Part shown: positions 49,604-59,117 of the stretch, in pieces
How the letters are laid out: each line of letters begins with the position of its first letter
How positions within the stretch are numbered: the stretch's first letter is position 1
DNA from: Candidatus Competibacteraceae bacterium
GTDB lineage: Bacteria; Bacteroidota; Bacteroidia; CAIKAF01
Assembly (NCBI GenBank): GCA_014879445.1
Contig: JACSSC010000032.1
Span: forward strand, 75,164 to 139,163
Direction: 5' to 3'
DNA length: 64,000 nt
The notes under the pieces: generated by a model
Database searches by the model: none
The model's input: the letters and a program-made list of their open reading frames with translations, nothing else
What the model was told of the DNA's origin: nothing
Made by a program: the position numbers and the translations under genes

Positions 49604-52600
49604 TTATCTGATTAAGTTCACATGACCATAAAAGTCGTGTATCTCATTAAATACATCCACAATGCGTATCTTATACACATACACGTCTTGCTTGGCCATT
49701 GTCTCTGTGCTGCCAATCATTCCAGGCCATCCCAACAAAGATGTTGTGGTATATATACATTCGCCCCATCGGTTGAAAATATCCATCGTGATTTCCTGAA
49801 TACCTTGTCCGTGCACTTGAAAAAAGTCATTTGATTTATCATCGTTAGGTGTAAATGTATTGGGGATAAAAATAAATACTTCAGGGAATACATATAAGCA
49901 ATGCTGAACAGACGACTGACAATTATTGACCGTAGCTACTGTAAGCGTTACACAATAGGTTCCGGTATCAGCATAGGTAAATGATGGATTCTGCATGGCA
50001 GAAGTGCTCCCATTGGCAAAATCCCAGTACCACGATACAGGAGCACCCAAACTGGCATCCGTGAATTGCACAAAAGGATTGCTTTGTGGCACGGTGGACG
50101 GCGTGATAAAGAAATCAGCTATCGGATTCATAAATACCTGTATCATGTCATTTATACCCTGCGTTGCCACACACCCATCTGCCGATGTAGCTTGCAACGA
50201 AATGTCATACATGCCTGGATTAAGAAAACAATATGTAGGATTCTGCAACGCACTTATCGCATTGCCATCCACCATCCAGGTCCATGCTACAATATTCGAC
50301 CCTTGTACTTGCGTCATATCTGTAAAGTTTACACATAATGGCGCACACCCCATCACAGTGTTGGCACTGAAACCCACATCAGGAACAGAAGCAGCCACAA
50401 CCGTTACGCTGGCAGATGAAACACATCCATTGGCATCCGTAACTGTAACTGTATAAGTAGTATTCACAGCAGGACTAACATCAATAACTGCCAATAATTC
50501 ACCTGTATTCCATACATAATCATTTCCGCCTTGCGCCGTCAGGGTTGTAGATTCGCCCGGACATATTACCAAATCGCCGGTAATGTTGGGATTAGGTAAT
50601 GGGTTCACAGTAATGGTTTGACTTCCTGATCCGCCACAAGCGCCTGCTACTGTATAAGTAATGGTATGCATACCTGCGCCAGCAGTTGCAGGTGTAAATT
50701 CACCACTTGCTGCATCAATACAACCACCGCAAGTAGCACTCCACGACCCACCTGTGGATGTGGTTGTAAACTGAATAGCAGGTGCATCTGCACATACATC
50801 AGGTTGCGGATCTACATTTACGGTGATAGCACCTGTAAAGGGGCCTCCGTTTATTTGCACTGGACACCCATTGGCGTCTGTTATGGTCAAACTATACACA
50901 TCACCATCTTGCAGGTTGTTCACCACAATGGTACCGTTATTGCCGGTTGTTGTATTCGCAAATCCAGCTGTCGCCGGACTCAGATTTGAGGCAGTAAATA
51001 CCCCACCCACCACCTGAGCATATCCTCCCGAAACCTGAACAGTTACGGTTCCAGCTACACAATCTTCAGTTACATTGGTGATAATATCAGGCAGATATGT
51101 AACCGTAATGGGCGCACCCAGATCATAACAATCTACATTATACACCAAGTTGGGGAAATTGTACATGGTCATAGGAACATAATATACAGTGCTGTTAGTA
51201 AATGTACCCACAGGGAATGCATTAATGACTGCCAAATCATTCAAGTCGGATAAATTACCATTGCCGGTAGTATTATACACCCCCACAAAACATGGGTCAA
51301 CAATGGGCTCCGTATTAGGAGTAGGCGGACAGGAATAAATCAGCCAAGCAATACCTGGGTCATAAGTCCAACCACCAATTGTTCCTTCATTGGCCGGGTG
51401 TACATAATCGTTATTGCTGGTAATATCTAGCTGGTCGCCATAACAAAGCACATAATTGTTTTGTCCATTGCCTATAATACTGGTATTATACGTGCCAATG
51501 TATGCCGGACAACTGCAATCTTGATTATTAAAGTTGATAGAATTCGTACAGGCAGGGTCTGCCGTAAAATAAGCATTGACACTACATGGCGCCCCGTCGG
51601 CCGGAGTGCCCGGGAATGAGAAGTTGACTGGACTCACAAAAGGGGCATTAAACACCACCTGATTATTGTAACAATCCTCAATAATAAGCTGTCCGCTTGA
51701 GGGCGGGAATGTAAACACAAGTGTTCCTGTTATATCATAAGTTGATGTGGCATAATCACAAGCATTCAATGTAACACCAAGCGAATCCATATTACACAAA
51801 CAAATAGGCGCTGTATAAGCTAAGTTCTGAGTGCAGCCGGGGGCTGCAGAAAAAGTAGCCGTAATTGAGCAAGCTGCTCCGTTGGGATTCTGACCACTAA
51901 GTGTATAGTTAACACTAGCACCAAACGGCGCATTAAAGGTTTGTTGCACACCATTACAGTCCTGTACAACCAATTGCCCCGAAGCCGGTGGATTAATAAA
52001 ATCTACCACGCCTGTGGTGCTGTATGTACCTGTTGCTATGTCGCAAGCGCCTATATTGGCTGTAAAATTTGTTATCAAACAGTTACAATCATTAACTGTT
52101 ATGACTTCTGTATCTGAGCCACCGCAAGGTGCTGTAATGTTATAAGTAATCGTATGGTTACCGGGACCTGCAAGCGAAGGATTGAACTGACCTGTAGCCG
52201 CATCTATACATGCGCCACAAGTGGCGCTCCAAGTACCTCCGGGCGAAATTGCACTCAAATTTACCGGTGGATCCGTATTACAAAATGGCCCAGCAGGCGT
52301 GATTGTAGGATCTAAATTCGGATTTACAACTACAGATATCGTTGAAGAACAAGAACCCGTTCCATCATTTACTGTTACAGTATAAACGCCTGCATTGGCA
52401 GCTGTGGCATTAGGAATACTTGGATTTTGCTGATTCGATGTGAATGCGTTTGGCCCCGACCACTGGTAGGATACATATCCACCTTGTGATTGAAGTTGTA
52501 ATGTCTGCCCTTCACATATCGGACTATTGCTATTGGCACCTGTCGGTATGCCGGTTACGTTTACCCATACATCATCAGTTACAGTTACTACACTTGCCAC

Positions 52601-53491
52601 ATTACAGGTATTGTATGTAACCTTTGCCGTGTACATAGTACTGGTGGATGGGCACACATTTATGGTTGGCGTATTAGTGGCTAATAAAGTTGGCCCCTGA
52701 TACCATTCAAGGGTATAAGCCGGCGCGCCATTCGGCGTAAATCGAAATCCCATGTTTGATACTGTCCAACCGCCTGTATTATACCCATTAGGTGTGTAAC
52801 CCTGAGTACCAGTAGAATTCTGTATCCCAACAATGGCATTACCACTGTTCCATAAACCACAAGTAGGTTTGTTTTGAATATACACCTCTATCACATTGGT
52901 GGTTTCATATAACACAATCTGTTGGGTTGTTTTTAAGCTATTACATTCGTAATGACATACCTGGTCATAATTTACCACAAAAGTTCGACAAGGCGCAGTT
53001 CCCAGTATGGCATAATAAATGCTTCCACAGACGGAAGGATCAATATCATGATAAGCCCCAAAAATTGAATTTAATGGCAAATTAGCACTGGGGACTGAAT
53101 CAGAATAACTCCAAGGGCAAAACTGATTTGCATAAGCCGTATTGAAAGAAATCAACCCATTAGCCCCTACTACAATCTGCGTATATTCATTACCAAAGAA
53201 ACAAAAACTGAAAGGCAGCCAAATAACACCGCTCCAAATATCATCCTGCCCCACAAAAATTTGATTGCCGGCATTATATGGATAAGGAGGGGCATACGGC
53301 ACCGATGTGGCATTGTATGAAGTAGTGGCGCCTACATCAAATGGCACAGCTGTTAAATTCGTGCATCCGCCACATGCCAAGTTTATGTCAGTTCCTGCAC
53401 TCACATTCGGGCATCCGGGAGCTTGCGAAAATAAGGTTTGGCTGAATAGGATAAGTGAGGTAATTACGACATTACGTATCAATACATTCAT
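49604..53491 (-). CDS. Large secreted cell-surface protein: novel N-terminal domain + SprB-type repeats + Ig-like repeats + PKD domains + T9SS type B (gliding-motility-associated) C-terminal sorting domain
   Basis: Signal peptide. SprB-repeat signature (YVSYQWSG...GVYTVTVNDGTGSC). Duplicated ~95-aa Cys-containing repeats. Two PKD-like domains. C-terminus FIPNTFTPNDDKSNDFF...IFNRWGECIY...GHVNLIR fits the T9SS type B CTD (TIGR04131-like). Confidence 0.8.
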   Translation of the reverse strand: MNVLIRNVVITSLILFSQTLFSQAPGCPNVSAGTDINLACGGCTNLTAVPFDVGATTSYNATSVPYAPPYPYNAGNQIFVGQDDIWSGVIWLPFSFCFFGNEYTQIVVGANGLISFNTAYANQFCPWSYSDSVPSANLPLNSIFGAYHDIDPSVCGSIYYAILGTAPCRTFVVNYDQVCHYECNSLKTTQQIVLYETTNVIEVYIQNKPTCGLWNSGNAIVGIQNSTGTQGYTPNGYNTGGWTVSNMGFRFTPNGAPAYTLEWYQGPTLLATNTPTINVCPSTSTMYTAKVTYNTCNVASVVTVTDDVWVNVTGIPTGANSNSPICEGQTLQLQSQGGYVSYQWSGPNAFTSNQQNPSIPNATAANAGVYTVTVNDGTGSCSSTISVVVNPNLDPTITPAGPFCNTDPPVNLSAISPGGTWSATCGACIDAATGQFNPSLAGPGNHTITYNITAPCGGSDTEVITVNDCNCLITNFTANIGACDIATGTYSTTGVVDFINPPASGQLVVQDCNGVQQTFNAPFGASVNYTLSGQNPNGAACSITATFSAAPGCTQNLAYTAPICLCNMDSLGVTLNACDYATSTYDITGTLVFTFPPSSGQLIIEDCYNNQVVFNAPFVSPVNFSFPGTPADGAPCSVNAYFTADPACTNSINFNNQDCSCPAYIGTYNTSIIGNGQNNYVLCYGDQLDITSNNDYVHPANEGTIGGWTYDPGIAWLIYSCPPTPNTEPIVDPCFVGVYNTTGNGNLSDLNDLAVINAFPVGTFTNSTVYYVPMTMYNFPNLVYNVDCYDLGAPITVTYLPDIITNVTEDCVAGTVTVQVSGGYAQVVGGVFTASNLSPATAGFANTTTGNNGTIVVNNLQDGDVYSLTITDANGCPVQINGGPFTGAITVNVDPQPDVCADAPAIQFTTTSTGGSWSATCGGCIDAASGEFTPATAGAGMHTITYTVAGACGGSGSQTITVNPLPNPNITGDLVICPGESTTLTAQGGNDYVWNTGELLAVIDVSPAVNTTYTVTVTDANGCVSSASVTVVAASVPDVGFSANTVMGCAPLCVNFTDMTQVQGSNIVAWTWMVDGNAISALQNPTYCFLNPGMYDISLQATSADGCVATQGINDMIQVFMNPIADFFITPSTVPQSNPFVQFTDASLGAPVSWYWDFANGSTSAMQNPSFTYADTGTYCVTLTVATVNNCQSSVQHCLYVFPEVFIFIPNTFTPNDDKSNDFFQVHGQGIQEITMDIFNRWGECIYTTTSLLGWPGMIGSTETMAKQDVYVYKIRIVDVFNEIHDFYGHVNLIR

Positions 53492-53580
53492 AGGTACAAA
53501 ACATGAGGTTCATTGCAAAGATATAATTATTTAACAAATCGTTGCATGATATATAAAAAAAACCGCCAGCCCTTCAATAT

Positions 53581-54063
53581 TTAGCTCATCACGATCTCGT
53601 CAGGGCGCAACATCTTCTCTGCGTCCTCACCTGTTAGCGATAATTCATCAATAATTTTTTCGGCTGAAGGCAACCGGCCCAACAGGAAAAATGCCGATAA
53701 GAATGCAGGTATTAGCGTTATCCAGTCGGTGGTAATATAAAAAAACACCACAGCCATTAGGCCCGGCGCTTCAATTAATGCCAAACGCATAATATATGCT
53801 GTCCGATACATTTTAAGTTTTTGAGCCAACGTGCCACCCTTTGATTTGCCTATCGTTTGTCTGAAAATAAAAACAGACATTGGTATAGAAATAAATGATA
53901 CAAAATAGGGAATATACCTCAGCATCCACAATTCTGAAGATTCGGGTGGGCGCATGACTACTAATACTGAAAAAACAAAAGCTAAAGTCAATAATGAAGC
54001 CGCCATAAAAATAGACAACAAACGCAACAAGCGTATAAACTGATCAGATGTTATTTGTTTCAT
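53581..54063 (-). CDS. Hypothetical membrane protein
   Basis: 160 aa, 4-5 hydrophobic helices. No motif recognised. Confidence 0.4.
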   Translation of the reverse strand: MKQITSDQFIRLLRLLSIFMAASLLTLAFVFSVLVVMRPPESSELWMLRYIPYFVSFISIPMSVFIFRQTIGKSKGGTLAQKLKMYRTAYIMRLALIEAPGLMAVVFFYITTDWITLIPAFLSAFFLLGRLPSAEKIIDELSLTGEDAEKMLRPDEIVMS

Positions 54064-54077
54064 ATATCAAATTATAT

Positions 54078-54518
54078 TTAGGCAACCGATTGTGAATAAT
54101 CTGAACCTTCTGTCATCACTAAATTTGAGGAACCTTTAGCCAATAATGTTTTGTCAGGTCCGTATAGGTTACATGCAACCAACATGATGCGGCTACCCTT
54201 TTTTATAATTTCACTGGTTGCAATTACTGATGTGCCACAACGCACGTTTGATACAAAATCAACATGCAGGTTGATGCTAGCATAAAATGATTTTACACCC
54301 GTAACAAACAATGTCATGCCTACCATATCGTCAATGATGGCAGCCATCATACCGCCATGGAGCAGATTCACGGGATTGGTCATTTCTTTACGAACTTCAA
54401 ATTCGAGGGTAATACCTTTTTCTGAAATGTCAAGGATTTTTCCGTGCAGCCAGTTGGATAATGGCGAGGGGGCCTGATCTACATATTGTCCGATAAACTG
54501 TTTGTAATGCGCAATCAT
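54078..54518 (-). CDS. Hotdog-fold thioesterase, PaaI family
   Basis: LLHGGMMAAIIDDMVGMTL motif. 146 aa. Confidence 0.75.
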   Translation of the reverse strand: MIAHYKQFIGQYVDQAPSPLSNWLHGKILDISEKGITLEFEVRKEMTNPVNLLHGGMMAAIIDDMVGMTLFVTGVKSFYASINLHVDFVSNVRCGTSVIATSEIIKKGSRIMLVACNLYGPDKTLLAKGSSNLVMTEGSDYSQSVA

Positions 54519-54593
54519 GAATATACATTGTAATGATTCATTGCCAAAAGTGAATATAATTCCTGACTTTTCCTACCAAAAAAATGTGTAGGT

Positions 54594-55538
54594 TTGGCGC
54601 AAAATATTAGACACATGAGTTTATTGGTTGTTGGTACAGTTGCCTTAGATAGCATCGAAACGCCTTTTGGCAAAGCAGAACGTATCATTGGTGGCTCAGC
54701 CACGCATTTTGCATTAGCTGCTTCTTTTTTTTGTCCTGATATTCGTTTGGTTTCGGTTGTAGGCGAAGATTTTCCTCAAAACGGACTTCAGCAGTTTGCT
54801 CGTAGAAATATCAATACAGAAGGTCTCCAAATCAAGAAAGGCGAAAATTCATTTTTTTGGGCAGGTCGCTATCATATTGACATGAACAGCCGCGACACAT
54901 TAGACACCCAACTTAATGTACTTGCAGGATTTGATCCTATTGTACCCGAAGCATCACGCAATGCCGATTTTCTGATGCTTGGCAATCTCATGCCTTCGTT
55001 GCAACGCAAAGTTTTGCAACAAATGAATCAACGCCCTAAATTAGTCATGATGGATACCATGAATTTTTGGATGGATACCGCTTGGGATGATTTAATGGAT
55101 ATGATAAGCCGTGTGGATGTACTTACTATTAATGACGAAGAAGCACGACAGCTTACCAAAGAATATTCACTCATCAAAGCAGCGCGTAAAATCATGCAAA
55201 TGGGGCCTCGCTTTCTTGTTATTAAGAAAGGAGAAAATGGCGCACTTCTCTTTCACGAAAACAAATTATTTTTTGCACCAGCACTACCGCTTGAAGAAGT
55301 ATTTGACCCAACCGGCGCAGGCGATAGTTTTGCCGGTGGATTTATCGGATATCTCTCAGGCACCAACGACTTATCTTTTGATAATATGAAACGTGCTGTT
55401 ATCTATGGTTCGGCAGTTGCCTCTTTCTGTGTTGAAAAGTTTGGTATAGACCGCGTAGCAGATCTACATCAAAATGAATTAGACGAACGTGTACAGGAAT
55501 TTATTGATTTGGTGCAATTCGATATTGATTTGGTATAA
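54594..55538 (+). CDS. PfkB-family carbohydrate/nucleoside kinase (ribokinase superfamily)
   Basis: C-terminal DPTGAGDSFAGGFIGYL anion-hole/catalytic-Asp motif. GG dipeptide in the N-terminus. 314 aa. Confidence 0.85.
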   Translation: MAQNIRHMSLLVVGTVALDSIETPFGKAERIIGGSATHFALAASFFCPDIRLVSVVGEDFPQNGLQQFARRNINTEGLQIKKGENSFFWAGRYHIDMNSRDTLDTQLNVLAGFDPIVPEASRNADFLMLGNLMPSLQRKVLQQMNQRPKLVMMDTMNFWMDTAWDDLMDMISRVDVLTINDEEARQLTKEYSLIKAARKIMQMGPRFLVIKKGENGALLFHENKLFFAPALPLEEVFDPTGAGDSFAGGFIGYLSGTNDLSFDNMKRAVIYGSAVASFCVEKFGIDRVADLHQNELDERVQEFIDLVQFDIDLV

Positions 55539-55616
55539 ATATTCTGTATGCAATCTTTGCATTACATTAAGACGATCAAAGGCAAAAACAATTATCCAAT
55601 ATCTGTGTCCTCTGTA

Positions 55617-56072
55617 TTATTTTCTTAAATCCTTCTCATACATATTAATCCAATCTTTTACACTCATTTTTTTCATTAATTCGCCAATGAGTTTATAAGG
55701 GATTTCTTCAAATTTTTTAAATCGGACACAACTTTTTCCAATATCTAATTTTTGATTGCAATATTTGGGATATTCAGACACAAACCAATCAAAAAGTTTC
55801 GGATCGGCATACATTCCCATATGGTAAAAGTTTATGGAATTTTTTTGTGATGCAATACCTGCGAATGGCAAGGGCTCAGATGGTTTGCAATGATACCCTG
55901 CCGGATAAATTGAATGCGGAACCACATACCCCAAACCGCCATAACTAATGGCCGCTTCAAATCCTTTAGGCAGATTTCTCATAATAACGTCATGAAGTTT
56001 GTTAAACGGCTCTGCCCTATCTTCGGGTATATTCATCAGAATTTCTTCAACAGTTTTTCCTTCAGCTTTCAT
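55617..56072 (-). CDS. DUF1801 (YdhG/YjbR-like) domain protein
   Basis: 151 aa. Architecture and size resemble DUF1801-family proteins. Called by resemblance only. Confidence 0.5.
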   Translation of the reverse strand: MKAEGKTVEEILMNIPEDRAEPFNKLHDVIMRNLPKGFEAAISYGGLGYVVPHSIYPAGYHCKPSEPLPFAGIASQKNSINFYHMGMYADPKLFDWFVSEYPKYCNQKLDIGKSCVRFKKFEEIPYKLIGELMKKMSVKDWINMYEKDLRK

Positions 56073-56084
56073 TTAACTTACGAT

Positions 56085-56456
56085 TTAACGATGTTGATCC
56101 AGTAAAATCATATTACCATCAGGGTCTGTCAACATAATACTTGCAGCCCCACTTGTATTATCTTCAACTTCACTAGTAAGTGAAAGTCCACTGATTTTTA
56201 ATTGCTTTTGAATCTCTCTAATATCATCAAAGTTTTCAATATTATTGGCATTTTCATCCCAACCGGGGTTAAAAGTTAAAATATTGCCTTCAAACATTCC
56301 TTGAAAAAGCCCAATGAGCGCATTTTCGTTTTTCATTATGATATAATTCTGTTCTATACTTCCAGCAAAAGCACTAAATCCTAATTTCTCGTAAAACTCT
56401 TTTGACTTGACCAAATCTTTCACACTAATACTAATTGAGAATGCACCTAATTTCAT
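56085..56456 (-). CDS. VOC-family (glyoxalase/bleomycin-resistance fold) protein
   Basis: N-terminal beta-alpha-beta-beta-beta module (ISISVKDLVKSKEFYEKLGF). 123 aa. Confidence 0.7.
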   Translation of the reverse strand: MKLGAFSISISVKDLVKSKEFYEKLGFSAFAGSIEQNYIIMKNENALIGLFQGMFEGNILTFNPGWDENANNIENFDDIREIQKQLKISGLSLTSEVEDNTSGAASIMLTDPDGNMILLDQHR

Positions 56457-56705
56457 AATTCTGATTTATTTTTTTGGGTGTAAAAACTAAGTTGTAATCA
56501 TCATCATTAGCTTCAAATGTATCAAAATCCATCATACCATTCAACTAATAACTTAAATACTTAATAAGAATGATGAAAAATGCACTTACTGATGAGTATT
56601 TCTCTCTTTTTAAATATTTCAAAATTCAAACATATTGCTATATTTTATTTATGATAAATTTTCAATTATTCTGTTTTGATTATCTTCGTTTCATATAATG
56701 TGATT

Positions 56706-58862
56706 ATGAGAAATTATTTAGTTGTTGTTGTTGTTATATTATTATCTATATCCAACGGATTTGCTCAAAAGAAAATGTCGCTGGAGGATGCAGTTACAGG
56801 ACAGTGGGGTAAGTTTAGGCCCAAATCGCTTTTTGTGTCGGGCTTTAAAGGAAACACCGATACCCTTGTCTTCTTACACAATTTTTCGGCCATGCAGGCC
56901 ATCACACCCTATCATTCAACCCCTATTACACTACTTGATATAAGCGATCTCGACATGATGATGATGGCCGAGAAAAAAGAAAAGCTTGGATCATTCCCTT
57001 ATCAATATGAATGGGCCGATGCGCAACATATTTATTTCGATCATGATGGGTATGTGTACTTTGTACACGTAGGGGGAAAAAAAATTTCATACAAGATACG
57101 TTTAGACCCTTCAGCTGAACATATTGATATTCATCCTTCAAGCAAACATGTTGCATTTACTTTAGGCAATAACCTCTATTATTCAAAAGATGATCAGCCA
57201 CCAGTTGCAATTACCAATGATACCAATCCGGGTATTATTCATGGTAGCGATTATGTACACCGCCAAGAATTTGGCATACATAAAGGCATATTTTGGTCGC
57301 CCAAAGGCAATTATATTGCTTGGTATCGAAAAGACGAAAGCATGGTAACAGAATATCCACTAGTACAAACGCAACCACGTATAGCCGAGCACAGCCCAAT
57401 TCGATATCCCATGGCTGGCATGACCAGCGAAGAAGTTACTTTGGGCGTGTATAACCTAGCCACAGGCAAAACAGTTTACATAAATACCGGATCACCAACC
57501 GACCAATACTTAACTGCCATCAGCTGGGATCCTTCAGAAAAATTTGTATATATAGGGTTACTGAATCGTGGCCAAAATCATTTGCAGCTAAATTGCTATG
57601 ATGTAGGTTCGGGTGAAAAAACACATACGCTGTTTGAAGAAAAAAATGATCGCTATGTGGAGCCTGAAAACCCCATGTATTTTCTTACAAAAACCCCCAA
57701 TCAGTTTGTTTGGCAAAGCGAACGCGATGGCTTTAACCATCTGTATCTATACCAAACCGATGGGAAACTCATACGTCAATTAACAAAAGGCGCATGGGAA
57801 GTTACAGAAATTAAAGGCGTGGATGAAAAAGAAGAGCATTTGTTTTTTATCCGTACCGATAATCAGGGCTTAGACCGACAGCTATGTCGTGTATCATTAT
57901 CAAACGGAAAGATTACAACCATCACTACTGAGCCGGGTACACACGATTGCCGTATTAATAGCAGCGGTCGGTTTGTTTTTGACCAGTATTCGTCTGCTAA
58001 TTTGCCGTCGGCCTATACGTTTCATGACCGCGACAAGAAAATCTCCTACAGCCCGGTAATTTCTACTAATCCTTTAACAGATTATCAGCTGCCCAAAGCC
58101 GAACTACTGACACTAACAGCTGCCGATGGCAAAACACCGCTCAATGCACGAATCATTAAGCCCGCTTCATTTAATCCCATGCAAACATATCCGGTAATTG
58201 TGTACGTGTATGGAGGCCCGCATGCACAATTGATTACTAATAGCTGGCTCACAGGTGCAAGATTGTGGGAGTTTTATATGGCACAACAGGGTTATATTGT
58301 ATTTACGGTTGACAATCGTGGTTCTGCTCACAGAGGGTTTGAATTTGAAAGTGTCATCCACCGCCAATTGGGTAAACATGAAATGGAGGATCAGATGCAA
58401 GGCATCAATTATCTTCGTTCTTTGAGTTACGTTGACACCACACGAATTGGATTACATGGGTGGAGTTTTGGAGGATTTATGACATTGTCATTAGTACTTC
58501 ATCATCCGGGCATATTTAAAGCTGCAGTAGCCGGTGGGCCTGTTACTGACTGGAAATATTACGAAGTAATGTATGGCGAGCGTTATATGGATACACCCAA
58601 CGAAAATCCGGACGGATACAAGCAAACCAGCGTTGTGGAAAAAGCCGGAGAATTAGCAGACCACGTATTGGTGATACATGGCGCACAGGATGATGTGGTT
58701 GTGATGCAACATAGCTTGGAATTTATCAATGCTTGTATTAAGAAACGTCGTCAAGTTGACTTCTTTGTTTATCCAGACCATAAGCATAACGTAACAGGAA
58801 AAGACCGCATTCATTTGATGCAGAAAATAACAGATTATCTGCGTTTGTATTTGGAAAAATAA
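56706..58862 (+). CDS. S9B-family serine peptidase, dipeptidyl-peptidase IV-like (beta-propeller + alpha/beta hydrolase)
   Basis: Signal peptide from MRNYLVVVVVILLSISNGFAQ. Catalytic Ser in GWSFGG. Asp and His in the C-terminal region (HGAQDDVV, DHKHN). DPPIV N-terminal propeller motifs. Confidence 0.85.
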   Translation: MRNYLVVVVVILLSISNGFAQKKMSLEDAVTGQWGKFRPKSLFVSGFKGNTDTLVFLHNFSAMQAITPYHSTPITLLDISDLDMMMMAEKKEKLGSFPYQYEWADAQHIYFDHDGYVYFVHVGGKKISYKIRLDPSAEHIDIHPSSKHVAFTLGNNLYYSKDDQPPVAITNDTNPGIIHGSDYVHRQEFGIHKGIFWSPKGNYIAWYRKDESMVTEYPLVQTQPRIAEHSPIRYPMAGMTSEEVTLGVYNLATGKTVYINTGSPTDQYLTAISWDPSEKFVYIGLLNRGQNHLQLNCYDVGSGEKTHTLFEEKNDRYVEPENPMYFLTKTPNQFVWQSERDGFNHLYLYQTDGKLIRQLTKGAWEVTEIKGVDEKEEHLFFIRTDNQGLDRQLCRVSLSNGKITTITTEPGTHDCRINSSGRFVFDQYSSANLPSAYTFHDRDKKISYSPVISTNPLTDYQLPKAELLTLTAADGKTPLNARIIKPASFNPMQTYPVIVYVYGGPHAQLITNSWLTGARLWEFYMAQQGYIVFTVDNRGSAHRGFEFESVIHRQLGKHEMEDQMQGINYLRSLSYVDTTRIGLHGWSFGGFMTLSLVLHHPGIFKAAVAGGPVTDWKYYEVMYGERYMDTPNENPDGYKQTSVVEKAGELADHVLVIHGAQDDVVVMQHSLEFINACIKKRRQVDFFVYPDHKHNVTGKDRIHLMQKITDYLRLYLEK

Positions 58863-59117
58863 TATCCAAACCTTGATGAGATGGCCATTGTGGCAAGGAA
58901 AGATAAAACGATTGTGTATTTAACAAATCATATGCTCTAATGTTTGGTTTAAATGGAATGTGATTGTCAAACACTACATAATATTAATAATCATTCCAAC
59001 AGAATAGAAATGAGTGTTTTCTGTTACTTCAATTTTATGATTTTTTGAATTTTTCTTGCACAGAAAGGAGAAAAGTGATAAATTTGTGAGTTGATTAATT
59101 ATCATGCACCCAAATTT